Source: a virus (lineage: Duplodnaviria > Caudoviricetes). Taken from it: DNA of 54,750 nt. Within the stretch, counting starts at the first letter, position 1. Each line of letters opens with the position of its first letter. Location: positions 1 to 54,750 of IMG/VR virus record IMGVR_UViG_3300037467_001352; one strand, given 5' to 3'. This document shows positions 26,836 to 34,817 of this stretch, piece by piece. The translations under genes and the position numbers were made by a program. Under the pieces are notes generated by a model. That model was given only the letters and a program-made list of their open reading frames with translations, did no database searches and was not told the DNA's origin.

Positions 26836-27203
26836 AACTCGAACCTGACCTCGTCGAAGCCATCAACGCGCTACCGGAACGGTTGCGCAAATATATTCAC
26901 CACATCGAAACGGATGCGGATCCGGCTGGAACGTTGCGCGAGAATTTTCAGCTGCGCGAGGAAAATGCGCTGCTGCGGAAGGAATGCGAGCGATTGGCGG
27001 CGACCGATCAATCCGACGCGGCCGATGCGAAGCGCTTCCGCTGGTTGCTCGCCGGCAGGGGGTATTTCATGGAGGAATGTGAACTGTGCGGCCCGTGGTC
27101 TGATAAGGATGACACGATGGAGCATGACCGGGCGCGTAAAGCAATTGACGAGGCGATGCGCGACGAAGCGCCCGTGATTGATCATGGCCCGCGCTCCATC
27201 TGA
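26832..27203 (+). CDS. Hypothetical coiled-coil protein
   Basis: INALPERLRKYIHHIET and DAKRFRWL; ATGA coupling. Confidence 0.65.
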   Translation: MKLEPDLVEAINALPERLRKYIHHIETDADPAGTLRENFQLREENALLRKECERLAATDQSDAADAKRFRWLLAGRGYFMEECELCGPWSDKDDTMEHDRARKAIDEAMRDEAPVIDHGPRSI

Positions 27204-27582
27204 ATACGAAATTCAGCGCGCCTTGTGCGGATGGCTCGACGGCTGGCCCGACAAGCACGGCACACCGACCAAAACGCCTGCACTTATGCCGGACTGCGTC
27301 TATTTCCATACGCCGAACGGCGGGAGTCGGCGCGACGCATTCGAAGGTAAGCGCCTCAAAGATATTGGATTGAAAGCAGGTATATTCGATCTGACGTTCC
27401 TGCACGGTGGCCGATTCTTCAAACTGGAACTCAAGGACGCCACCGGAAGGCTGTCCGACGAGCAGCTGACCATGTGGCAACGATACGAGCGGGCCGGGGC
27501 GGCGGGAATCGCTTGGGCTAACAATCTGGCAGCGGCCAAGGCGCAAATTTGTGCGTGGGGCCTCGTTCGGCTTGATATTTAG
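27184..27582 (+). CDS. VRR-NUC domain nuclease
   Basis: EYEIQ, HTPNGG, GIFD and ELK...GRLSDEQ. Confidence 0.85.
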   Translation: MARAPSEYEIQRALCGWLDGWPDKHGTPTKTPALMPDCVYFHTPNGGSRRDAFEGKRLKDIGLKAGIFDLTFLHGGRFFKLELKDATGRLSDEQLTMWQRYERAGAAGIAWANNLAAAKAQICAWGLVRLDI

Positions 27583-27583
27583 T

Positions 27584-27596
27584 GTTGACAGTTAAC
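27584..27596 (+). promoter_or_regulatory. 13-bp motif/promoter of the CtrA-like gene
   Basis: GTTGACAGTTAAC; N17-CTATCT; contains a TTAAC CtrA half-site. Confidence 0.7.
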
Positions 27597-27639
27597 AAAT
27601 AATGGGTCTATCTTTCTCCCATCAGCAAGGGAGACGGTT

Positions 27640-28269
27640 ATGGATAGCCCCCGCGAATTCCGCAGTTTCAGCACGCAGGACGTGATTTCGGCGTTTGCCC
27701 GACAGGGAGTTGCGATCGCGACGATTTCGCGGGCTATCGCGGTTCCTGAAAGCCAGGTTAACGGCGTTTGCCGGCGAGCGTTCGAAAAGGGCGATATCGC
27801 TGCGATGCCCCCGGAGCGCACGGAGGACGTGCGCGGCGCTGCGGCGACCGAACTCGCCAATCTGCGCGAACGTGTTGAAACGCTCGAATTCATCCTCCGT
27901 GAGACTGAAACGAAGCGATCGAACACGGAGGATTTGTTGCTCGGCGTCGCGCACATGAGTCGGACGGAATCGCAAATCATGGCGGCGCTACTTGATCGAG
28001 GTCGCGCGTCCCGTCAGGCGATATATTCCCGCATTTACGGCAACCGGAACGAAGCCGATCAGGCGGAGCCGAAAATCGTCGACGTTATGATTTGCAAACT
28101 CCGCAAAAAGCTCAAGGTCTATGACGTCGAAGTCAACACGATATGGGGCTATGGCTACGAACTCGACGCGGAGAACGCGCGAAAGTTGCGCGCGATCGCG
28201 CACGCCGTGCTGCCTGTGACTGACTCGCCTCCGCTGTGTCCAGCGGACGACATGCAGGTCGCGGCGTGA
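27640..28269 (+). CDS. Receiver-less OmpR/PhoB winged-helix regulator with CtrA-like DNA-binding domain
   Basis: EPKIVDVMICKLRKKL...NTIWGYGY versus CtrA ELKIIDVFICKLRKKL...ETVWGRGY. Confidence 0.85.
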   Translation: MDSPREFRSFSTQDVISAFARQGVAIATISRAIAVPESQVNGVCRRAFEKGDIAAMPPERTEDVRGAAATELANLRERVETLEFILRETETKRSNTEDLLLGVAHMSRTESQIMAALLDRGRASRQAIYSRIYGNRNEADQAEPKIVDVMICKLRKKLKVYDVEVNTIWGYGYELDAENARKLRAIAHAVLPVTDSPPLCPADDMQVAA

Positions 28270-28391
28270 TGCGCTTGGTCGCCGCCCTGGTTGCACTGGT
28301 GCTCACGACTGCACCAACAAATCGTCAGTGTGTCGGCGGCTATGACGCAAATGGAAATCCGGTTTTCGTCCTCGGGTGGAGGGTATCTTGA
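28269..28391 (+). CDS. 40-aa secreted or membrane peptide
   Basis: MRLVAALVALVLTTAP...; coupled at both ends. Confidence 0.4.
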   Translation: MRLVAALVALVLTTAPTNRQCVGGYDANGNPVFVLGWRVS

Positions 28392-28846
28392 ACCTCATTA
28401 ATTTCGTGCGCGAAAGCAATCGCATTGAAGGAATCATTCGAGAGCCGACCCGTCAGGAAATCGACGCTCATGACTCCTTGCTCAGTCAATTTACGATGAG
28501 AGCAACGCTGCTCGGCAACTTTCAGCGGGTCGTCGCGCCGGGCATGCCGTTACGTGAACGGGACGGAATGGACGTCCGTGTCGGTCATTATTATGCGCCG
28601 CCAGGTGGTCCAGAAATAGTCAAGCGTCTACAGACGCTCTGTCGGAAAGCCAATCACTGCGGCACTCAACGCGAAGCGTGGCGCTTGCATGTCGACTTCG
28701 AGTTGTTGCATCCATATCTGGACGGCAATGGACGAACCGGTCGCGCGTTGTGGGCTTGGACTATGAAGGCTCAGGGGTGCAACGTGTTTGCGCTGCCTTT
28801 CCTTCATCGCTTCTACTATCAGACCCTTGAGGCGGCCGGGAAATGA
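28388..28846 (+). CDS. Fic-domain protein (class II, N-terminal inhibitory helix)
   Basis: HPYLDGNGRTGR Fic motif; SNRIEG inhibitory motif. Confidence 0.88.
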   Translation: MNLINFVRESNRIEGIIREPTRQEIDAHDSLLSQFTMRATLLGNFQRVVAPGMPLRERDGMDVRVGHYYAPPGGPEIVKRLQTLCRKANHCGTQREAWRLHVDFELLHPYLDGNGRTGRALWAWTMKAQGCNVFALPFLHRFYYQTLEAAGK

Positions 28847-29172
28847 CCACCCCCGAACCCCTAATCACGCTGGAACAGGCGTGCGAACTTATCCCCACGG
28901 CCACCCCGGCCACGTTGAAGCGCCAGATTCGACAGGGTAAATTATGGGCCAGCAAGCCCGGCAAGCGATATCTGACAACAGCCGCGGCCGTTCGGGAGTT
29001 GGTCGTAGCGTGCCGCGTCGAGCCAAAGGCGCAAGACTATGGTTGCGACCAGCGCGATATGACGCTGCTGGAAAGCTCACCCACGCCGCTGCATATGTCA
29101 TTCTTGATGGATCCCGGCAAATTGGAACTGGCTGCGGCCAAGGCTCACTTGTTGACGCTGAAAAGGCGTTAG
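28843..29172 (+). CDS. xis: Excisionase-like HTH protein
   Basis: LITLEQAC...TLKRQIRQGKL...GKRYLTT; overlaps the integrase start. Confidence 0.7.
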   Translation: MTTPEPLITLEQACELIPTATPATLKRQIRQGKLWASKPGKRYLTTAAAVRELVVACRVEPKAQDYGCDQRDMTLLESSPTPLHMSFLMDPGKLELAAAKAHLLTLKRR

Positions 29173-30287
29173 CCGACCACGTCCGAAAGAAACATTCGAA
29201 TGTCATCCGCGTCGGGACCAACGACCCGTCGCAGATCGAAATTCAGGACGTGCTCTCGCTATATCTCCGAAATGTCGCGATCAACCACGCGCGCCCACCG
29301 GAGACTAAGGCGCGCGTCGATCGTCTTGAGGACTTTTGGGGAAAGAAACGTCTTTCCGATGTGAGCGGCAAGACCTGCCGCGAGTACGTCGCGCTGCGCA
29401 GCACGCCCGCTGCCGCACGCCGCGAACTAGAAGAGTTGCGCGCCGCCATCAACTACCACCGGCGCGAGGGGCTTCATAACAAAATCGTTTCGGTCGTGCT
29501 GCCGGAGCGTGAGCCGCCCCGCGAACGATGGTTAACGCGTGATGAGGCGGCGCACCTCATTTTCACGACGTGGCGATATCGCGACACGAGCGCCGTACGC
29601 GAGGGATTCCGCGGGTTGCAGGTCATCAACCGCAAAGACACGAATGGTCATAAGGCGGGAACTTATTATTATGCATGGAAGGGCGGCCCGCGTATTTTCG
29701 AGCGGTTCGGAACGCCCGCCTTTGAGGCGCGATTTCACGAATTGACGAAAGAGCGTCCGAACGAAGTGTTCCCCCGCAGACACATCGCGAAATTTATGTT
29801 GGTCGCCTCTTACATGGGGTCACGAGCCAGCGTCATTTGCGCTGCGTCGATCGAACCGGAACGGCCAGCCGGTAAGCCGTGGATTGACCTTAGGACCGGT
29901 TTCTTTTACGGCCGCGGCACCGGCGAGCGCGAGACTAAAAAGCGTAAGCAGTTGGTCCGCGTTCCCGGTTCCTTGTTGGCGCACCTTCGTCGCTGGCGGC
30001 GCGCCGGTCAGCGGTACGCCGTCGAGTTTCGGGGCGAACCTGTCTTGCGGGTCAGCAAGGGTCACGCGCAGGCCGTGCGGGCGGCAGGGTTCGGCCCCGA
30101 CGTGACGCCGCACACCTGGCGGCATACCGTGGCGTCGTGGCTCATGCAGAGCGGCGTCAATGCCGGCGATGCGGCGGAATTCCTCGCCATGTCGGAGGCG
30201 GTGCTGCTTAGGGTTTACCGCCACCAGCGGCCGGACGTTTCAGGGCGGATCGCCGCCGCGCGCCGGGCGCATCGGAAGGCCGGCTAA
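29010..30287 (+). CDS. int: Tyrosine integrase
   Basis: Catalytic R (MGSR), K (TKKR), HTWRH and Y (VYRH); adjacent to attP; likely GTG start 29010. Confidence 0.92.
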   Translation: MPRRAKGARLWLRPARYDAAGKLTHAAAYVILDGSRQIGTGCGQGSLVDAEKALADHVRKKHSNVIRVGTNDPSQIEIQDVLSLYLRNVAINHARPPETKARVDRLEDFWGKKRLSDVSGKTCREYVALRSTPAAARRELEELRAAINYHRREGLHNKIVSVVLPEREPPRERWLTRDEAAHLIFTTWRYRDTSAVREGFRGLQVINRKDTNGHKAGTYYYAWKGGPRIFERFGTPAFEARFHELTKERPNEVFPRRHIAKFMLVASYMGSRASVICAASIEPERPAGKPWIDLRTGFFYGRGTGERETKKRKQLVRVPGSLLAHLRRWRRAGQRYAVEFRGEPVLRVSKGHAQAVRAAGFGPDVTPHTWRHTVASWLMQSGVNAGDAAEFLAMSEAVLLRVYRHQRPDVSGRIAAARRAHRKAG

Positions 30288-30504
30288 CCGCCAATGGCCG
30301 CCAAATCTATGCGTGAACGGATCGTGATTATGGCGCTCCGGAGCGACTGAAAATCCCTGTAAAACCGCTGTTTTTCGTTTCGCAACCCTCGTTCGGGACG
30401 AGGGGGTCGCAGGTTCAAATCCTGCCACTCCGACCAATTAAAATCAGGGGTTTTTGAACCCCGCCCGGCCTCCCGAGCCGTTACCGCCAATGAAACCGCC
30501 AATG
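30287..30504. repeat. Arm-type integrase binding sites flanking the attP core
   Basis: ACCGCCAATG at 30287, 30483 and 30495; variant GCCGCCAAAT at 30297. Confidence 0.7.
30387..30436 (+). mobile_element. attP core: 3' part of tRNA-Pro(CGG)
   Basis: Anticodon arm CCTCG-TTCGGGA-CGAGG, T-arm GCAGGTTCAAATCCTGC, 3' CCA; acceptor 5' strand and D-arm absent. Confidence 0.9.
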
Positions 30505-30509
30505 ATACG

Positions 30510-30836
30510 TCAAACGGCGGATTCGTCGTCCGGCTTGTATTGCAGCCAGCGGATCCCCGGCTTGTCGTCGTCCCATGTGAAAACGAAGCCGCGGGCCTGC
30601 AAATAGACGTGCAGTTTTGCGACCAGGTCGAGGCCGACACCGCGCGGCAGACCGAACACCGCTTCAATGCGACGGATCGAACTTTCGCTTACGCCCGATT
30701 CCGCCGCCAGCTGCGATACGCTCATGCGCAGCATGGCGCGTGCGGCGCGGATTTGACACGCGGTCAGAACTCGCATTCCGGACGGGAGCGGGGTCGACGT
30801 CATCGGCAACAGATTTCCAAGGGTAATTTCCGGCAT
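30510..30836 (-). CDS. XRE-family HTH regulator
   Basis: QIRAARAMLRMSVSQLAAESGVSESSIRRIE. Confidence 0.85.
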   Translation of the reverse strand: MPEITLGNLLPMTSTPLPSGMRVLTACQIRAARAMLRMSVSQLAAESGVSESSIRRIEAVFGLPRGVGLDLVAKLHVYLQARGFVFTWDDDKPGIRWLQYKPDDESAV

Positions 30837-30982
30837 GGCTATAGCCCAATATTCAAAGCAAGGATGCAAATTTGCCGATAAACCTTATCAGAACAGATAT
30901 CGTTCTTGCTTGACTAAATTTCGTTCAAGATTTAACAAATATTGCCCATCGGGGGCGTAAACCTAGAAAGGTCAAATGTGTC

Positions 30983-31165
30983 GTGGGGAGTTGCGTTAGT
31001 GAGTCAATCGAAAAAGCCGATGTGAAAGAATCAGAGGAAGCCGCCGGCCGGGCTTTCCTCGCGCTCATGTCAGACCTGGCCGACCTCAAGACTGCGCATC
31101 AGCGGGTCATCGTCCAAATAGAAGCGCTCGCGCTCCGATATGGAGTTTCGGCAGTCGTCACCTAG
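30983..31165 (+). CDS. Small helical protein, paralog 1 (ALRYGV)
   Basis: Similar to 31292..31474; hairpin follows at 31179-31206. Confidence 0.55.
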   Translation: MGSCVSESIEKADVKESEEAAGRAFLALMSDLADLKTAHQRVIVQIEALALRYGVSAVVT

Positions 31166-31220
31166 AGACTGTCAACTGCAGGAGCGGGCGCAAATGCCCG
31201 CCCCTGTGAATATATGCTGA

Positions 31221-31264
31221 TAGGTCAGAATCCCTATTGACGGCTAAAATTCCTAACGTATGCT
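31221..31264 (+). promoter_or_regulatory. Sigma70-like promoter with two palindromic operator candidates
   Basis: TTGACG-N16-TATGCT; TAGGTCAGAATCCCTA and GGCTAAAATTCCTA. Confidence 0.6.
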
Positions 31265-31291
31265 TCAATCTTCACAACCCGGAGGCGTAAC

Positions 31292-31474
31292 ATGCGTAAG
31301 GAACAAAACACGAACGAAACTGCGACCGCTCGAGCCATGCACGTTTTGGTGCGGGAGGCGCGACGCACGGCAGAGAGCGCCGAGCGCGTGCGCCTGGTCG
31401 TCGATGCGATGGCGCTACGCTACGGCGTTGGCCCAACTGAGACTGGCGACCAGCTGGTCGACTGCCCGGAATAG
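31292..31474 (+). CDS. Small helical protein, paralog 2 (ALRYGV)
   Basis: GGAGG SD; similar to 30983..31165. Confidence 0.6.
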   Translation: MRKEQNTNETATARAMHVLVREARRTAESAERVRLVVDAMALRYGVGPTETGDQLVDCPE

Positions 31475-32059
31475 GTCGTCCGTGGTGCCGTTATTCTCAA
31501 TCGAGAACACAAAGGGCAGTTGATGCCCTTCCGACGAGTGTCCGGCCGCGCCAACCCCGGCGCCGGTCCGGACGATACGAACAATGTCGCCGCCGGCCGC
31601 AAGGATCGCTTCCGCCTCATTGGGGAAGCGGCAGTCGTCCACGACGACGGGGACGGTCGGTGCCAGCCGATCGACGGCGGCCCGCCATGCGTTGATCCAG
31701 AGATTCACCCCGAGTTGCGTACGACCCCATTCCGTGCCGAGCGTCTGCATCCCGTGGCGCGGGGTGTGACCACAGAGCAGCGCGCACGGCTTCTCTTTCA
31801 AGTCGCCTTCGATTTCCCGTTCGGACAGCCCGAGCGCCCGCATCATGTCCTTGAGTGGGCCAGCGAACCGGATCCGTTCGAACCCGTGACGCTCGACCAG
31901 ATGTGCGGCCGCAGTGCTCTTGCCCGATCCGGCGAGGCCGCTGAACGCGATGATCGTGCGGCGTGGCGTTGGTTGGGACGGCACGATCGGCGGCGATTCC
32001 ATCTGCGGAATGAGCAGGTCGTCATTGGTGCAATTCTGGCACTGACAGGCGTCGGTCAT
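31415..32059 (-). CDS. Deoxynucleoside monophosphate kinase
   Basis: SGLAGSGKST, FAGPLK, MQTLGTEWGR, DCRFPNE and HSSE motifs. Confidence 0.9.
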   Translation of the reverse strand: MTDACQCQNCTNDDLLIPQMESPPIVPSQPTPRRTIIAFSGLAGSGKSTAAAHLVERHGFERIRFAGPLKDMMRALGLSEREIEGDLKEKPCALLCGHTPRHGMQTLGTEWGRTQLGVNLWINAWRAAVDRLAPTVPVVVDDCRFPNEAEAILAAGGDIVRIVRTGAGVGAAGHSSEGHQLPFVFSIENNGTTDDLFRAVDQLVASLSWANAVA

Positions 32060-32073
32060 GGGGTGGCTCCAGT

Positions 32074-32343
32074 TTACGCTACGCGCGTCAGCAACGCGCC
32101 TTCTTTCAGTCCAGCACCATTGCCGCCAGGCGTGTTGCGCTGACCAGCGAACGACAGCGTCCGCATCGCTTGCGCCCACTTTCCGTTGACGGCGGTCAAG
32201 GCGGCGGCGGTCGGGTTCTTGGCGAATGCCGCAATGTCGCGGTCGAGTTCGTCGGCGATCAGTTTCAAATTGAACTGAATCAGTTTGTCTCGCTCGACGC
32301 GGGCAGCTTCGCGAAGTTGTAACAGCAATGTCTTGTCGGTCAT
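32074..32343 (-). CDS. Hypothetical protein
   Basis: 89-aa helical ORF, translationally coupled. Confidence 0.6.
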   Translation of the reverse strand: MTDKTLLLQLREAARVERDKLIQFNLKLIADELDRDIAAFAKNPTAAALTAVNGKWAQAMRTLSFAGQRNTPGGNGAGLKEGALLTRVA

Positions 32344-32540
32344 GCGGGGACTACAGGTTCGAGGGAGTCGGATCGGAATGTGCGTTCGGAAACCGCCGTG
32401 CCGTCACGCCACGCGGTGATCACTTCGCGCCGCACCGGGTCCAGGTCGACGACCAGCATGTCAGGACCGCCGTCTTTCTGGCGCACGCGCGAACCGATCG
32501 GATGGAGGGTGCCGAGTTGCGGGGTCATCGACGACTCCAA
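32340..32540 (-). CDS. DUF2158/YodC-like protein
   Basis: IGSRVRQKDGGPDMLV...TAW...F..DSL. Confidence 0.7.
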   Translation of the reverse strand: MESSMTPQLGTLHPIGSRVRQKDGGPDMLVVDLDPVRREVITAWRDGTAVSERTFRSDSLEPVVPA

Positions 32541-32764
32541 ACGTTTCCGGAAGGGCGACAGCAGCGAGAGGTATCGAAGTTTTGAACCGTGACTTTTGTT
32601 TCAGCATGGCTCACTCGCCATGCGAGCGCGAAAATCAAACAGACTAAACCGTCTGCGATCAATTCTGCGTCAGATTGTGGATATGAATTCCAGCCGAAGT
32701 AAACATTTTCGCTCACGAAGAAAGCAAGAGCGATGATCGCAATCGGCCAGTTGAATCGTTTCAT
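32525..32764 (-). CDS. Small membrane protein
   Basis: Two hydrophobic segments; ENVYFGWN. Confidence 0.6.
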   Translation of the reverse strand: MKRFNWPIAIIALAFFVSENVYFGWNSYPQSDAELIADGLVCLIFALAWRVSHAETKVTVQNFDTSRCCRPSGNVWSRR

Positions 32765-34002
32765 GCCGCCGCAGCTCCCTGCACCATTTCCGGCGTGAGG
32801 GTCATGCGGCCGACTTCGCCAAAATGTTTGCTGTAGGTGATGACCTTGGCGGATCGGCCGGATAGCCACCCGCCATTTGCTGCGAAGGCGTCCGGCGCGG
32901 CCAGCGTCTCGTGGCGTTCGACCTTGATCGTAGTCGGCGCCGACTTCATTTCGTCGGAGTGGAGGTGCCCAAGGTGCGCGTAGCTGAACTTGGTCCGGCC
33001 GAAAATCTCGCGGAACTTGCCAGCCAGCACGCCATCGATCGAGCCGATTTTACGCCTATGGCCGTGGTGATAGAAAAGCGACGTCTGCCCGAACTCGTAC
33101 ACATAGAACGTGCTGGCGCTGCTATCGACTGTCACGCGCGGTTCGTTCTCATAGAACGCCGCGAACATTTCACGCAGCCACGCGCCGCCGGCAGGGTCAT
33201 GGTTGGCGTCAGCCATAATGATGTGGACGCGCTCATGCTTCTCGAGCAGCATCGCAACGATGCGACGCATGGTCCGGATCACAACGCGGATCATCTTTTG
33301 CAGGCGCGAGTCCGCGTCCAGCACGTTGCGATGCGCCGGCGTCACGCTTTCGTGCGCGTCATGGTGCAGCAGGTCGCCGAGCTGGCAGAGGATGGCCGTC
33401 GAGGCGTCGGGAGATTGACGGATGGCGGCAGCAAACCAGTCGAGCAGCAGTTTCTCGGCAATCTTCAAATCGTAGTCAGCGCCGGTTTCCTCTTTCCATG
33501 ACAGCATACCGAAATGCAGGTCGGTCACGGTGTACTGGTTCAGGAGATTGTCGTTCCCGGTGCGCGGCGCGGGTACCGGATCGATGCGCGGCAAATCCGC
33601 TTTGAAGGCGTCGACGACTGCGCGCATCTGCGCGGCCTTGGCTTCCGCGTCGGCGCTATACTTCTCCCACTTGATGATTTCGCCGCGATCGGGATTGAGC
33701 AGGACCGAAATTTTGTCGAGCACCTGGCCCGGCGGCGGCTGGAATGGCTCGCTGCCATGTTCTGGTTTTTGCTGAATGTGCTGCTTGCCGTCCGGCGCGG
33801 TCGTGACCTGCGCGATCCGAAAACCCGGCATGGCCGGCGGGTGGTCAAGCATGAACCCACGCAACGCCGCTTGCTTGAGTCGGTGTTCGAACGTCGATCG
33901 CGCGACGCCTGCTGCAATCGCGGCCGCTTCATTCGTGCCGAGTTCGCGGCGAAGCCGCACGGCTTCTTGCAGTTGTTCGTCAGTAAGCGGGGGTGTGGGC
34001 AT
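32761..34002 (-). CDS. N-terminal HTH + calcineurin-like metallophosphoesterase
   Basis: TDLH, GD, NHD, HHGH and GHLH motifs. Confidence 0.85.
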   Translation of the reverse strand: MPTPPLTDEQLQEAVRLRRELGTNEAAAIAAGVARSTFEHRLKQAALRGFMLDHPPAMPGFRIAQVTTAPDGKQHIQQKPEHGSEPFQPPPGQVLDKISVLLNPDRGEIIKWEKYSADAEAKAAQMRAVVDAFKADLPRIDPVPAPRTGNDNLLNQYTVTDLHFGMLSWKEETGADYDLKIAEKLLLDWFAAAIRQSPDASTAILCQLGDLLHHDAHESVTPAHRNVLDADSRLQKMIRVVIRTMRRIVAMLLEKHERVHIIMADANHDPAGGAWLREMFAAFYENEPRVTVDSSASTFYVYEFGQTSLFYHHGHRRKIGSIDGVLAGKFREIFGRTKFSYAHLGHLHSDEMKSAPTTIKVERHETLAAPDAFAANGGWLSGRSAKVITYSKHFGEVGRMTLTPEMVQGAAAA

Positions 34003-34005
34003 TAG

Positions 34006-34176
34006 TTACTTACCGACGTGCTGCCAACCGTTGGACGTGAGAATGAAATAGGCGAGGGCACCAAGCGCCGCGACGACGATGCCGCTAACTGACCAGCGAC
34101 CGACTGCGGCGAACTTCTCGTCCAGCCACTCTTTCAGCGCCTCTTTGAGCGCGTCCTTTGTCTCGTCGGGTGTCAT
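34006..34176 (-). CDS. Single-TM protein, holin candidate
   Basis: KEALKEWLDEKFAAVGRWS plus a TM helix; in the lysis cluster. Confidence 0.5.
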   Translation of the reverse strand: MTPDETKDALKEALKEWLDEKFAAVGRWSVSGIVVAALGALAYFILTSNGWQHVGK

Positions 34177-34817
34177 GCGCGTGCCATCAGGCCGCAGACG
34201 GCCGAACTCGGGACGAAATAGGTGATCGGGACGAGCGAGGCGGACATGCCCATCGGCACCGCCGCAGTACCGACCACGATGCCAACGACGCCGCCAGAGC
34301 GATCGAACACCGGCCCGCCGCTCATGCCTGGCGCAACGGCCATATCGGCAATCACGCTCGATTTCCACGGGCCGCGTTCGGCGACGTAGGAAGCAACACG
34401 ACCCCAGGTATGGATAAACTGGAGAGAGAGAGGGTTTCCAACCGCCTGCAATTCGTCGCCGACCGTGAGTCGCGGTTTGCAGACCAGCGGCGCCGAGCGC
34501 ATTTCCGGCCGATCGATGCGGATCAGCGCCAGGTCGTACGCCTTGTTGACCCACAGCACCGTTCCGATCTGGCTGGTGTCGGTGTCGTCCTTGACCACGG
34601 CGCCGGGCGAGTCACCGACCACATGCGCTGCGGTGACGATGTAGCCGTTGCCGATGTGAACGCCGGATCCGTGGCCGCCGTCGACCTTGACGAGCACGGT
34701 CGGGGAGGCGTCGAGGACGGGCGGGGCCGCGGCGGGCACCGGCAGCAGCAAACCGCCGGTAAAGCCGACGACGATCGCGACTGGGAAAACCCAATTCTTG
34801 CGCAGGAATTCCTTCAT
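34173..34817 (-). CDS. Trypsin-like (S1) serine protease with N-terminal signal/TM
   Basis: Catalytic triad motifs TAAHV, DLAL and GMSGGP. Confidence 0.9.
   Translation of the reverse strand: MKEFLRKNWVFPVAIVVGFTGGLLLPVPAAAPPVLDASPTVLVKVDGGHGSGVHIGNGYIVTAAHVVGDSPGAVVKDDTDTSQIGTVLWVNKAYDLALIRIDRPEMRSAPLVCKPRLTVGDELQAVGNPLSLQFIHTWGRVASYVAERGPWKSSVIADMAVAPGMSGGPVFDRSGGVVGIVVGTAAVPMGMSASLVPITYFVPSSAVCGLMARA

Noticed and set aside
30387-30436. Functional tRNA-Pro gene
   Set aside because: The acceptor 5' strand and D-arm are missing; better explained as the attP core
30891-30905. GAAC-N7-GTTC as an SOS box
   Set aside because: The alphaproteobacterial LexA box is a direct repeat; this is inverted and more plausibly an XRE operator or chance
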